From positions 35,436 through 99,435 of the forward strand of contig JAAYOS010000013.1 in assembly GCA_012520195.1 (NCBI GenBank): a stretch of DNA of 64,000 nt, written 5' to 3'. The position numbers and the translations under genes are program-made. The notes beneath the pieces were generated by a model. It searched no databases. It was not told where the DNA came from and saw only the letters and a program-made list of their open reading frames with translations. Below, one piece after another: positions 1 through 8,398 of this stretch. Positions within the stretch are counted from its first letter, which is position 1, and the number at the start of each line of letters is the position of its first letter. This DNA comes from Clostridiales bacterium (lineage in GTDB: Bacteria > Bacillota > Clostridia > Oscillospirales > JAAYOS01).

Positions 1-563
1 CGGTAAGAACTATCGAGCAGCTGGTTTCTGACTTTGGGAGCGGAATACTCGAGATTACAGAAAAGCCTTGCGACATTGCAATAGATGGTGAGGGTTACTT
101 CGTCATAGAGGGCACGGACGGGCTTTATCTGACCAGAAACGGCGGTTTCCAACTTGACAGTGAGGGATATCTTGAGCTTTCTGGGATCGGAAGAGTTCTG
201 GGCGAGAGAGGTGTAGTCCATATTGGAAATGCACAGTTCACTGTGTTGCCGGACGGCGGTATATACGATGGAGAGGGCAATTTCATTAATAGAGTTACCA
301 TAGCCGCCCCACTTGACATGGCGGCCTTGCAGAGAACAGACAACGGCCTCTACACGGCCGCTGCGGGATTTGATCCGGGCGATGTGCCTCCTCCTGAGGA
401 CACTGTCCTAGTACAATATGCTATCGAAAAATCAAACGTAGATTTTAACAGGGAACTGTCCATTATCATGGAAGCCCAGCGAAGTTTCCAAGCATGCAGC
501 ACCATTCTTAAAGGTCTGGATGAAATCAATCAGAAGTCTGCCAATCAAATAGCGTCAATATGA
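1..563 (+). CDS. flagellar basal-body rod protein, FlgF/FlgG family (5' end outside window)
   Basis: Frame 3 is open from base 3 to the stop at 561-563; track ORF 243..563 is only the Met-initiated tail. The translated part (GEGYFVIEGTDGLYLTRNGGFQLDSEGYL) and C-terminus (EAQRSFQACSTILKGLDEINQKSANQI) match rod/hook family domains. A second rod gene follows. Confidence 0.8.
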   Translation, partial: VRTIEQLVSDFGSGILEITEKPCDIAIDGEGYFVIEGTDGLYLTRNGGFQLDSEGYLELSGIGRVLGERGVVHIGNAQFTVLPDGGIYDGEGNFINRVTIAAPLDMAALQRTDNGLYTAAAGFDPGDVPPPEDTVLVQYAIEKSNVDFNRELSIIMEAQRSFQACSTILKGLDEINQKSANQIASI

Positions 564-618
564 GTGGTGGCTGAGCATAAATATAGAAGGGTTGAAAAGT
601 GGCCCAGAAAGAGGTATT

Positions 619-1356
619 ATGAATAAGATCTTTCATACCGGTGTTACCGGAATGCGTGCATACCAGAGTAAGATTGACTCCACAGCCAACAATCTGGCAA
701 ACATAAATACTGCTGGGTACAAGCCTAATGAGTTAAGGTTTGAGTCTTTACTCTATACAAGTATGGACATCAACACCGAAGATGTCATGGCTGGTAACGG
801 TATAAAGACTTCATCTAGCTCTCTTCAGCTGACCCAGGGATCATTCATCTCTACTGATAACCCGTTGGATCTCGCAATCAAGGGTGAAGGTTTCTTTGCG
901 GTGGAGAGATCGGGCATAAGGGAGTACACTAGGAATGGATCTTTCAGCGTTGAGCACGCAGGAAATCGCGCATATATAGTGACAAATGACGGCGGCAATT
1001 TGCTTGATCGAAGAGGCATGCCGCTCGCTTTAGGGTTTAGCGGAGAAACAGGGCAACCGGATTATTCTTCTCTTATCGACATGGTGGGAATATACACCTT
1101 CAGCAATCCATACCAGCTTGCACGGACAGCAAGTGGCAGGTTCAGTAGCAACGAGAAGTCAGGTCCTGCTGTACTGTCCGACTATCAGAGAATGGGACAA
1201 GATGAAGGCATACTTCAGGGGTTTCTTGAAGCATCATCGGTCTCACTTGGCACGGAGATGACAGAACTTCTTAAAGCACAACGTGCCTTCCAGATAAGCG
1301 CTCGTATTGTGCAGACAGCCGACGAGCTAGAGCAGACAGTGAATAATCTCCGCTAA
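619..1356 (+). CDS. flgG: flagellar basal-body rod protein FlgG
   Basis: N-terminus MNKIFHTGVTGMRAYQSKIDSTANNLANINTAGYK (flg_bb_rod motif). C-terminus LKAQRAFQISARIVQTADELEQTVNNL (rod C-terminal motif). Start moved from 592 to ATG 619, behind an AAAGAGG RBS. Confidence 0.85.
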   Translation: MNKIFHTGVTGMRAYQSKIDSTANNLANINTAGYKPNELRFESLLYTSMDINTEDVMAGNGIKTSSSSLQLTQGSFISTDNPLDLAIKGEGFFAVERSGIREYTRNGSFSVEHAGNRAYIVTNDGGNLLDRRGMPLALGFSGETGQPDYSSLIDMVGIYTFSNPYQLARTASGRFSSNEKSGPAVLSDYQRMGQDEGILQGFLEASSVSLGTEMTELLKAQRAFQISARIVQTADELEQTVNNLR

Positions 1357-1388
1357 TCAGTAAGCAAAAAATCTGGAGGCAGGTAGGT

Positions 1389-2012
1389 ATGGCTTTTAAG
1401 GGATACGATCAACTAAATGATATGCAACTGGATGTACTTCGGGAGTTGGGAAATATCGGCGCAGGTAATGCTGCAACATCGCTTTCTTCAATGCTTAATA
1501 GGCCTGTAAGTATTACCGTTCCAACAGTAAGGATACTCAATATAAAAGGTGTCACCACAGAACTCGGTGGTCCTGAAAATTTGATAATCGGCCTACTTCT
1601 GACACTTGAAGGCGATGTTACAGGCATGATAATGTTCCTAATGCAGCAAGATTTTGCAAAGATGATACTGCAAGGACTGCTTGGAACTGATATCGAGGAT
1701 GTTACGAATTTAGATGCCATGGGGCATTCTGCTTTGCTTGAGATTTCCAACATAATGGCAGCATCATATGTTAACGCAATATCCCAGATGACAAACCTCC
1801 GAATAAATGTCTCGGTTCCGGATATTAGTGTTGATATGGCAGGTGCAATATTGAGTGTTCCGGCTATATATTTTGCCAATATCAGTGACGAGATAATATT
1901 TATTGAGGATCGGTTTGAAAGTAACAATGAGAGTGGAATAAGCCACGTTTTGTTGATTCCGGAGGTTGAATCACTGGAGAAAATACTTTCGAACCTCGGA
2001 ATTGATTTATGA
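1389..2012 (+). CDS. cheC: chemotaxis protein CheC (CheY-P phosphatase family)
   Basis: Two CheC/FliY-type motifs: DVLRELGNIGAGNAATSLSSML and ALLEISNIMAASYVNAISQM. ATGA overlap with the cheD start. Confidence 0.85.
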   Translation: MAFKGYDQLNDMQLDVLRELGNIGAGNAATSLSSMLNRPVSITVPTVRILNIKGVTTELGGPENLIIGLLLTLEGDVTGMIMFLMQQDFAKMILQGLLGTDIEDVTNLDAMGHSALLEISNIMAASYVNAISQMTNLRINVSVPDISVDMAGAILSVPAIYFANISDEIIFIEDRFESNNESGISHVLLIPEVESLEKILSNLGIDL

Positions 2013-2494
2013 GTAAAAATATAGTTGTCGGAATATCAGAACTGGCAGTCGCCCAAGTGCCAGACATCCTTGTTACATATGCATTGGGCTCCTGTGTAGG
2101 AATATGCCTTTACGATAGAGTTGCCCGTGTCGGAGGTCTATCACATATCTTACTACCGTCCAGTAAAGCATCTGTCAGGAACATGGATAAGCTAAAGTTT
2201 GCTGATACAGCCATACCTGAGCTGGTTAGACAGATGGAGATGAGCGGGGCAGATCGGAACAGATTAGTTGCGAAAATCGCAGGCGGCGCCAAGATGTTTG
2301 CAGCTATTTCAACATCCTCAATTGTAAACATAGGTCAGCGCAATGTAGCTGCAACAAGAGAAGTGTTGGAGGAGCTCCGTATTCCGATAGTAGGAGAGGA
2401 TGTAGGTGCGGATTACGGTCGGACAATGTATTTTTATACTGAAGACGGACGTGTACGCATTCATTCTGCGAGTCGCGGAGAATGGATTTGGTGA
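2009..2494 (+). CDS. cheD: chemoreceptor glutamine deamidase CheD
   Basis: 161 aa. ALGSCVGICLYD active-site Cys region and IAGGAKMF segment are typical of CheD. Translationally coupled to cheC. Confidence 0.88.
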   Translation: MSKNIVVGISELAVAQVPDILVTYALGSCVGICLYDRVARVGGLSHILLPSSKASVRNMDKLKFADTAIPELVRQMEMSGADRNRLVAKIAGGAKMFAAISTSSIVNIGQRNVAATREVLEELRIPIVGEDVGADYGRTMYFYTEDGRVRIHSASRGEWIW

Positions 2495-2522
2495 AATACA
2501 TAGGATTTGTTGGTGAAGGAAA

Positions 2523-4142
2523 ATGAACATCATTAAGAAACTTTTGTCTAAAGTCGAAGCACGGAAAACTACCGCGCGTTATTCGGAAACTGACGGCACA
2601 TCGGATGCTGTAAGGCTTTCTGAAAGTACTCCTTCCGAGGAAGATAAAGGTGACCTTAGTGAGCTCATAAAGGAAGCTACTGATGCTGTGGTTACGGCCG
2701 AAGACGGACCACCAGGTACAGAAGTTGATATTGAATCAAAATCTGATATGTTAAAAAGTGAAGAAGAACCCATAGATGCCGAGGTCGAGCTGAAGGTCTC
2801 AGCCGACCACATGCATGTTACCATCCTGTTGCACGAGCCAAAATACGGTGGCGAGCACTTACAACTAGAGGACGTACTTAGTGCACTAGACTCTGAAGGG
2901 ATCATCTACGGTATAGATAACGAGCTTATTGAAAACAAAGTAAAAAACAGAGAATATGGGAAGATGTTTGTCGGCGCGACCGGCCTTCCTGCAAAGGATG
3001 GCGTTGACGGCCGTGTCATTGAAGTTATGCCGAGGTTTAAGACCTTGTCTTTTACAGAAAATGAAAGAGGAGACGTTGACTTTAAGAATCTGAACCTTAT
3101 AAATCAGGTTGAAAAGGGGACAGTAATCTGCGAGATCGTTCCCCCCGAGGACCCCGTTGACGGAATTGATGTTTACGGGAAGAAGATTGAAGGAAGACCC
3201 GGCAAAACAGCCACTGTTCCGACAGGCGAGAATACATCACTGACTGAAGACGGGAGACAGTTAATAGCTTCAAGAGAGGGCAACCTCGTATACTCAAGTG
3301 GTCGCTTTTCTGTCAGAGAGAGACTTGAAATTTCGGACAATGTTGACGCTTCCACCGGAAATATCGACTTTTCGGGTGATGTGATTATCAAAGGCTCCGT
3401 CCTTGAAGGTTATACTATACGTGCAGGTGGAAATGTTATCGTCTATGGTGTCGTTGAGGGTGCCCGGATATTCGCAGATGGAGATGTTCAATTAATGCAG
3501 GGTATCAACGGTATGGGTAAGGGTATTATTGAATCGAAGAAAAACATTCAGTGTCGATATCTTGAGTACTGCACAATAAAGGCGGACGGCTCCATTAAGG
3601 CAGAGTATATTCTGCACTCAAATGTATACAGCGGTTCAAGCATAACTGTGACCGGTTCAAGAAGCTCGATTATCGGAGGCATAACCTCTGCTTTTCAGAC
3701 AATTGAGGTTAAGACGATCGGAAGTAAGACTAACACGTTAACAGAGATAATTATGGGCGCAACGAAAGAGATGATTGAAGAACGTAACAACCTGTCTGAA
3801 GAGATTAGAAAGCTTGAGAGGACTATCAATAACTTTGCGCTGGATCTTAGATTTATTGAGAGATGCGTAAAAGAAGGAACTGCCACAGAAAAGCACCGAG
3901 AAATTCTACTGAAGATTCAGCGTGAGTATCCAAAAATGAGGGACAGACTTGATGAGTGCAAAACACGATATGATGAACTTGAGGAGATCATATCAAATAG
4001 CACGAATAGCCGGCTCACATGCCAACATATATTCCCACCGACACGCATAAGGATTGGCAGTGAATCTATTGTGGTACAGGAGGAACGGTTCCGATGTGAT
4101 GTATACTACAACGATGGCGAAATAAGCTTTGCATACAGATAA
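2523..4142 (+). CDS. FapA (DUF342) family protein
   Basis: Beta-helix type repeats GNIDFSGDVIIKGSVLEGYTIRAGGNVIVYGVVEGARIFADGDVQL, followed by a C-terminal coiled coil. Acidic N-terminal region. Sits after cheCD. Confidence 0.75.
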   Translation: MNIIKKLLSKVEARKTTARYSETDGTSDAVRLSESTPSEEDKGDLSELIKEATDAVVTAEDGPPGTEVDIESKSDMLKSEEEPIDAEVELKVSADHMHVTILLHEPKYGGEHLQLEDVLSALDSEGIIYGIDNELIENKVKNREYGKMFVGATGLPAKDGVDGRVIEVMPRFKTLSFTENERGDVDFKNLNLINQVEKGTVICEIVPPEDPVDGIDVYGKKIEGRPGKTATVPTGENTSLTEDGRQLIASREGNLVYSSGRFSVRERLEISDNVDASTGNIDFSGDVIIKGSVLEGYTIRAGGNVIVYGVVEGARIFADGDVQLMQGINGMGKGIIESKKNIQCRYLEYCTIKADGSIKAEYILHSNVYSGSSITVTGSRSSIIGGITSAFQTIEVKTIGSKTNTLTEIIMGATKEMIEERNNLSEEIRKLERTINNFALDLRFIERCVKEGTATEKHREILLKIQREYPKMRDRLDECKTRYDELEEIISNSTNSRLTCQHIFPPTRIRIGSESIVVQEERFRCDVYYNDGEISFAYR

Positions 4143-4158
4143 GTAACTTTGCATAGTA

Positions 4159-4197
4159 ACACCCCCAAAAACAAGGTCGATTGTTTTGGGGGTGTTT
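4159..4197. terminator. bidirectional rho-independent terminator between fapA and the convergent EAL-HDOD gene
   Basis: Hairpin AACACCCCCAAAAACA / TGTTTTGGGGGTGTT around a short loop. A/T tracts on both sides. Confidence 0.8.
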
Positions 4198-4221
4198 AGT
4201 AGTTGGAACATATGGAGGAAG

Positions 4222-5460
4222 TTAGTCGTTACTTGACGAATACGGGATCATAAGCTGATTCCAAATCTCATTAACATGCTCAACACTTTCTATATACTTC
4301 TGTGACACAAGATTATATGGGATTCGTAGCATACAGGAGTAATTCGTTACTCCCTGCCAGTCGGCTTTTTCATAGTTTCGAACAAGACTGATCAGGGCAC
4401 CGGACTTTCCCTTGCCGTGCAGCAGAGCATTCTTTATTTCGTCGGATACCGAGAGTTCCTCAAGAGTCACACTAAGCGGAGTCTGAAGCAGGACCCCAAG
4501 TGTAGAGAACATGCCCAACAGATAGGCCTCTGAGTTTGTGATAGGCGAATCCGGTATATATTCGTTTAGACCTGAGCAAAAGTTGGCGCGTAAGAATGAG
4601 ATCCTTATGAGCTCGTTCGGTGTGTTGTTGTTCTGACGGAAGCTGAGGAGATAGATCCACTGCTTTAACTGGTTAAGACCGAGCACAATAAGCGCCTGCT
4701 TGACAGATTTGACCCTGTTTCGAAGGGCAAAATATGCCGAGTTAACAAGCTTGATAAGCGAAAATGTAAGAGTAACATCTCTCGAAATTATCTCGGTGAT
4801 TTTATCGATGTCAGGGTCTTCCTTCGTGACTTCAATGACAAGCTGAAAGAAGTTGCTCTGTAGATGGTCTAGACGGTTTACCTGTGAGCTCTGTGTTTCG
4901 GCTATAAATGTGCCTTGCTTGAATCGGCACCCAAGTTCGTTCGCTTTTTTTAGTGCCTCAGGAGTATTGACATTATAAGCGATAACTTGCTTATTCAGAT
5001 TGTACGCTATGTCGATAATATTTCTAACTGTCGCTTCATCTTTGATGTCTGCAAAATCGATCTTAAATATATTGGTAGCGTCTAAAATGGCAAAATATCT
5101 GGAATTGAACTCAAATCCTTTGACAGCGATAGGATAGCCCAGTCTGTGAAAGTGCATTATTGCCTTCTGTGCTAACGGATGAATGAGCGAGCTCTCTTCC
5201 ACTTGAATTACTAGCTTGTCGACACTGAAAAAGCTAGGAATATCTTTTAGCAGCAGAGTTGGAGTAAAAGTAAAATATGCGGTTTTGCCATCGAGAAACT
5301 TCTCACTATCGAAGGAGGTAAGAAAGCTCTCAATTGCATTGGCGGCAACAGTATCGGTGCGGTTGAAAAGGCTTCCGTCGTCCTCTTTGTACAATATTTC
5401 GTAGCCAATAGCGTTATTATTCTCATCGAGGATAGCCTGTCTGACAATACCGGTATTCAC
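4222..5460 (-). CDS. EAL-like plus HDOD domain protein (EAL catalytic motifs appear degenerate)
   Basis: N-terminal half has EAL-fold landmarks (GYEILYK, FKIDFADI, QGTFIA). C-terminal half is HDOD-like (DVTLTFSLIKLVNSAYFALRNRVKSVKQALIVLGLNQL). Start set at GTG 5460, preceded by AGGAGGT and a 6-nt spacer; the track start TTG 5487 lacks an RBS. Confidence 0.75.
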   Translation of the reverse strand: MNTGIVRQAILDENNNAIGYEILYKEDDGSLFNRTDTVAANAIESFLTSFDSEKFLDGKTAYFTFTPTLLLKDIPSFFSVDKLVIQVEESSLIHPLAQKAIMHFHRLGYPIAVKGFEFNSRYFAILDATNIFKIDFADIKDEATVRNIIDIAYNLNKQVIAYNVNTPEALKKANELGCRFKQGTFIAETQSSQVNRLDHLQSNFFQLVIEVTKEDPDIDKITEIISRDVTLTFSLIKLVNSAYFALRNRVKSVKQALIVLGLNQLKQWIYLLSFRQNNNTPNELIRISFLRANFCSGLNEYIPDSPITNSEAYLLGMFSTLGVLLQTPLSVTLEELSVSDEIKNALLHGKGKSGALISLVRNYEKADWQGVTNYSCMLRIPYNLVSQKYIESVEHVNEIWNQLMIPYSSSND

Positions 5461-5509
5461 TCGAGCACCTCCTGTAGATAATGACAATAATTACTAAAAA
5501 TACTAAAAA

Positions 5510-5538
5510 ATTATATCATATATCTTGGGTTCGGTCAA
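5510..5538 (-). promoter_or_regulatory. sigma-A type promoter for the EAL-HDOD gene
   Basis: Minus strand reads TTGACC, a 17-nt spacer ending TGA (extended -10 TG), then TATAAT, about 50 nt upstream of the GTG start. Confidence 0.6.
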
Positions 5539-5584
5539 CGACAACATATTCTACACATCTCTAGAAAACCACATATTACTCGAG

Positions 5585-5654
5585 ACTTCCAACCTAATTT
5601 GAGCCTTACAACCTAGTTAAGCCTTACAACTTATTTAGCCTTACAACATAGTTA
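5585..5654. repeat. tandem array, about 4 units of 17-18 bp with core GCCTTACAAC
   Basis: GCCTTACAAC at 5603, 5621 and 5638 (spacing 18 and 17 bp), plus a degenerate leading unit ACTTCCAACCTAATTT at 5585. Confidence 0.85.
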
Positions 5655-5696
5655 TATTTAATAAGATATCTGGTTATATGCAATAAGATATAATGT

Positions 5697-5750
5697 GAAA
5701 ATGCGATGCGAAAATATGCGGTCAGATGCGAAAATATGCGGTCAGACGCA
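5697..5750. repeat. tandem array of 20-bp unit GATGCGAAAATATGCGGTCA (2 full copies plus partial flanks)
   Basis: Identical copies at 5705-5724 and 5725-5744. Partial copies on both sides. Degenerate extra copy ATGCGAAAAATGCGCAG at 5778-5794. Confidence 0.9.
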
Positions 5751-6054
5751 TACTCTGCAAAGAGGAAGACACATATTATGCGAAAAATGCGCAGAAATCG
5801 AAGTAATGTGTGAACGGTGAAGAGTAAATCGGCTCATTTATGCGGTATACGTTATAGAATATACTGTGTACGATATATCACCCAGAGAGAATCCACACAC
5901 GACTCGAAATACTGCGCAGAAACCGTGATTTTTCGTGCAGAGGTACACATAGCTCAAGATTTTGCGCAAATTCTACGTCCTAGCTCCCTGTACCCAGTAT
6001 GGCGGTCATCACTCCCCTCTCGTGGCCTATTTATTTCTCTTCATGTGTTTCATT

Positions 6055-6101
6055 TAATATTACAACTAATATTACAACTAATATTACAACTTAATTTCAA
6101 C
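6055..6101. repeat. tandem array of 12-bp unit TAATATTACAAC (3 perfect copies plus 1 degenerate)
   Basis: Perfect copies at 6055, 6067 and 6079; degenerate TTAATTTCAAC at 6091. Shares the heptamer TTACAAC with the 5585-5654 array. Confidence 0.9.
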
Positions 6102-6139
6102 TTGCCATATGAAACCTGTTGGAGGTAAGAATCTCAAAA

Positions 6140-7033
6140 TCATCGTGTACCTGGGAGAACAATGTCAATAAAGCGTTTGGCCGCGAGTGATACTGGTATG
6201 TTCCTTAGATAGATTAGACCAATTGCCCTGTCTGGAAGTGGGTCATCGAGTTTTACCTTGGATAGGACACCGTCATTGAGTTCTTTGGAAATAAACTCCT
6301 CGGTAATACAGGCGAACCCCAGGCCGATTTTGGCAAATTCGATCAATAGGTCAAGACTTCCCAGCTCAATAGCTGGTTGCAGCACAACATTTTTACTTTC
6401 CAGATATCTGTCAAGATGCCTACGTGTGTTGCTTGCCTTTTCCAACAGAAGGACTGGATATTTGGACAATGTTTCAATATCTTTGATTTTTGACGCCAGC
6501 TCGAGGTATTTAGAGCCCCCAACAAAACAGTCGCGGATTTCTCTGCAGGGTGTGATGACCATTTGAGGGTCTTCATCAACGGGAAGATTAATAAAACCAA
6601 TATCCACATCGCCGCTCTTGAGCAGTTGGATAGTCTCACGTGTTGTTCTATTTGTGACATGGATTTCTAGATCCGGATATATATTGTGAAAGGCTTCGAG
6701 GTAGTGTAGAAGGTAATACTTGCATATGCTGTCACTTGCACCGATATTTATCTGCCCCCGTTCGAGATTTAGCATCTCGGTAAACCTAGATTCACCGCTC
6801 TTTATAAGCTCAAGGGCTTGTTCAACGTATGTGAGTATAAGCTCTCCTTCGCGTGTAAGCGTTATGCCCCGGGCGCTACGAATAAAGAGCTTTCCGCCAA
6901 GCTCCTTTTCGATCTGTTTGACCGCCTGCGTTACCGCAGGTTGAGAGATGAAGAGGTCGCGGGCAGCTTTGGACATGCTTCCGGCACGTGCAACAGCACT
7001 TACGATTCGATATAGTTCGAGATTAACAGCCAT
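6140..7033 (-). CDS. LysR family transcriptional regulator
   Basis: N-terminal wHTH (SMSKAARDLFISQPAVTQAVKQIEKELGGKLF). 297 aa with LysR-type effector domain length. AAGGTGG RBS. Confidence 0.9.
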   Translation of the reverse strand: MAVNLELYRIVSAVARAGSMSKAARDLFISQPAVTQAVKQIEKELGGKLFIRSARGITLTREGELILTYVEQALELIKSGESRFTEMLNLERGQINIGASDSICKYYLLHYLEAFHNIYPDLEIHVTNRTTRETIQLLKSGDVDIGFINLPVDEDPQMVITPCREIRDCFVGGSKYLELASKIKDIETLSKYPVLLLEKASNTRRHLDRYLESKNVVLQPAIELGSLDLLIEFAKIGLGFACITEEFISKELNDGVLSKVKLDDPLPDRAIGLIYLRNIPVSLAAKRFIDIVLPGTR

Positions 7034-7042
7034 AAGACCACC

Positions 7043-7057
7043 TTATGAATAACATAA
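7043..7057. promoter_or_regulatory. candidate LysR-type (T-N11-A) operator
   Basis: Inverted repeat TTATG-N5-CATAA in the 116-bp divergent region between the LysR gene and the CofE-like gene. Confidence 0.4.
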
Positions 7058-7068
7058 CGAATAGCAAA

Positions 7069-7097
7069 TTTACTTATTGGTCAATTTGGAGTATAAT
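7069..7097 (+). promoter_or_regulatory. candidate sigma-A promoter for the CofE-like/purL unit
   Basis: TTTACT, 17 nt, TATAAT (7092-7097), about 50 nt upstream of ATG 7150. The -35 matches 4 of 6. Confidence 0.45.
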
Positions 7098-7149
7098 GTA
7101 TACTGCAATTACAGTCAATAGAAAAGAACACTGACACTGGGAGGAGAAC

Positions 7150-8325
7150 ATGAGAGTGATTGGCACGCAGGCGATGGGCATCCGAACGCCTATTATAAAA
7201 CAGGGTGATGACCTGGTAGATATTGTCGTCAGTTCTGTGCTTAAGGCAACAATAGAAGAAAATTTGACTCTTCGCGATAAAGACGTGGTAGGGGTTACAG
7301 AGGCAGTTGTTGCAAGGGCCCAAGGTAATTATGCCACTGTGGATCAGATTGCCGGGGCCACTAGAAGACTAGTTAATGGGGGCACGGTTGGTCTCGTTTT
7401 CCCGATAATGAGCCGCAACAGATTTTCGCTTTTACTGAAAGGGATAGCTAAAGGTGCTGATAATATTGTACTTCAGCTGAGCTATCCGTCCGATGAGGTG
7501 GGCAACCCCCTAATCAGTCTTGACGCCTTAGATGAAAAAGGTATAAACCCGTATACCGACAGCTTTACCGAGGAGCAATGGCGAGCTTTGTTCGGTTCAG
7601 TGCAGCACCCTTTTACTGGTATCGACTATATTGAGTACTACTCCGGACTTCATAATAACATCTCGATTGTCTTCTCAAATGACTGCAGACATATTCTACA
7701 GTATACAGACAAGGTTATTGCTTGTGACATACACTCACGGAAGCGAACCAAGAGAGTCCTGAATAAAGCAGGTGCCAGTCTGGTACTTGGACTTGATGAT
7801 ATTTTGGTTGAACCCTACGAAGGCAGCGGTTTTAATAAGCAGTATGGTCTTCTTGGATCAAACAAAGCTACCGATGACACTGTAAAGCTCTTCCCACGTG
7901 ACTGCGATATATTTGTCAAACAGGTTGAAGAGCGCCTGAGAAGCGCTACAGGGAAGAAAATAGAGGTTATGGTATACGGAGATGGAGCTTTCAAAGACCC
8001 TGTAGGAGGCATATGGGAGCTTGCCGACCCAATCGTATCACCCGCTTATACAGAAGGACTGCAGGGGACACCTAATGAGCTGAAATTGAAGTACCTAGCT
8101 GACAATCAGTTTGCAAAGCTTGCAGGCAAAGCCCTGGAGAGCGCAGTTAAGCAGCAGATTCGGGAGAAGGGCGAGAGTTCGGTCGGTGAGGAGATCTCGG
8201 AAGGCACCACTCCACGCAGATTGACCGATTTACTTGGCAGTCTCTGTGACCTGGTAAGCGGCAGCGGGGATAAAGGAACACCAGTTGTTCTCATCCAGGG
8301 ATATTTCGATAACTACGCAATGTGA
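7150..8325 (+). CDS. CofE-like (F420-0:gamma-glutamyl ligase fold) protein, function unknown in this context
   Basis: N-terminus GIRTPIIKQGDDLVDIVV...LRDKDVVGVTEAVVARAQGN resembles the CofE ligase fold (recognised from memory). At 391 aa it is longer than archaeal CofE. GGGAGGAG RBS. Confidence 0.55.
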   Translation: MRVIGTQAMGIRTPIIKQGDDLVDIVVSSVLKATIEENLTLRDKDVVGVTEAVVARAQGNYATVDQIAGATRRLVNGGTVGLVFPIMSRNRFSLLLKGIAKGADNIVLQLSYPSDEVGNPLISLDALDEKGINPYTDSFTEEQWRALFGSVQHPFTGIDYIEYYSGLHNNISIVFSNDCRHILQYTDKVIACDIHSRKRTKRVLNKAGASLVLGLDDILVEPYEGSGFNKQYGLLGSNKATDDTVKLFPRDCDIFVKQVEERLRSATGKKIEVMVYGDGAFKDPVGGIWELADPIVSPAYTEGLQGTPNELKLKYLADNQFAKLAGKALESAVKQQIREKGESSVGEEISEGTTPRRLTDLLGSLCDLVSGSGDKGTPVVLIQGYFDNYAM

Positions 8326-8354
8326 CTTTAGCTAATGTGACTTTAGTTAATGTT
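8319..8354. repeat. 15-bp tandem duplication AATGTGACTTTAGYT spanning the CofE-like stop codon
   Basis: AATGTGACTTTAGCT (8319-8333), AATGTGACTTTAGTT (8334-8348), partial AATGTT. The TGA stop at 8323-8325 lies inside copy 1. Confidence 0.85.
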
Positions 8355-8398
8355 TTATAAACTACTTGGTAAATACATTTAATAAGGTGGCGTGAAAA

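Noticed and set aside
1409-1927. 172-aa minus-strand ORF
   Set aside because: Antisense to cheC. No RBS, and Ser/Ile-rich.
5778-5813. 11-codon micro-ORF MRKMRRNRSNV behind an AAGAGGAAG RBS-like sequence
   Set aside because: Too short to support from sequence alone. Its codons are simply the recurring ATGCG/TGCGCAG repeat words.
5585-6101. CRISPR-like appearance of the short repeats
   Set aside because: Repeat units are 10-20 bp with gaps of 0-8 bp and no unique spacers of 25-40 bp. There are three unrelated unit types and no cas genes in the window.
5817-6128. 103-aa plus-strand ORF inside the repeat-dense block
   Set aside because: GTG start with no RBS. It reads straight through the 12-bp tandem array, giving LILQLILQLILQL, has odd Cys/His/Arg-rich composition, and shows no recognisable domain. 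Most likely a by-product of the repeats.
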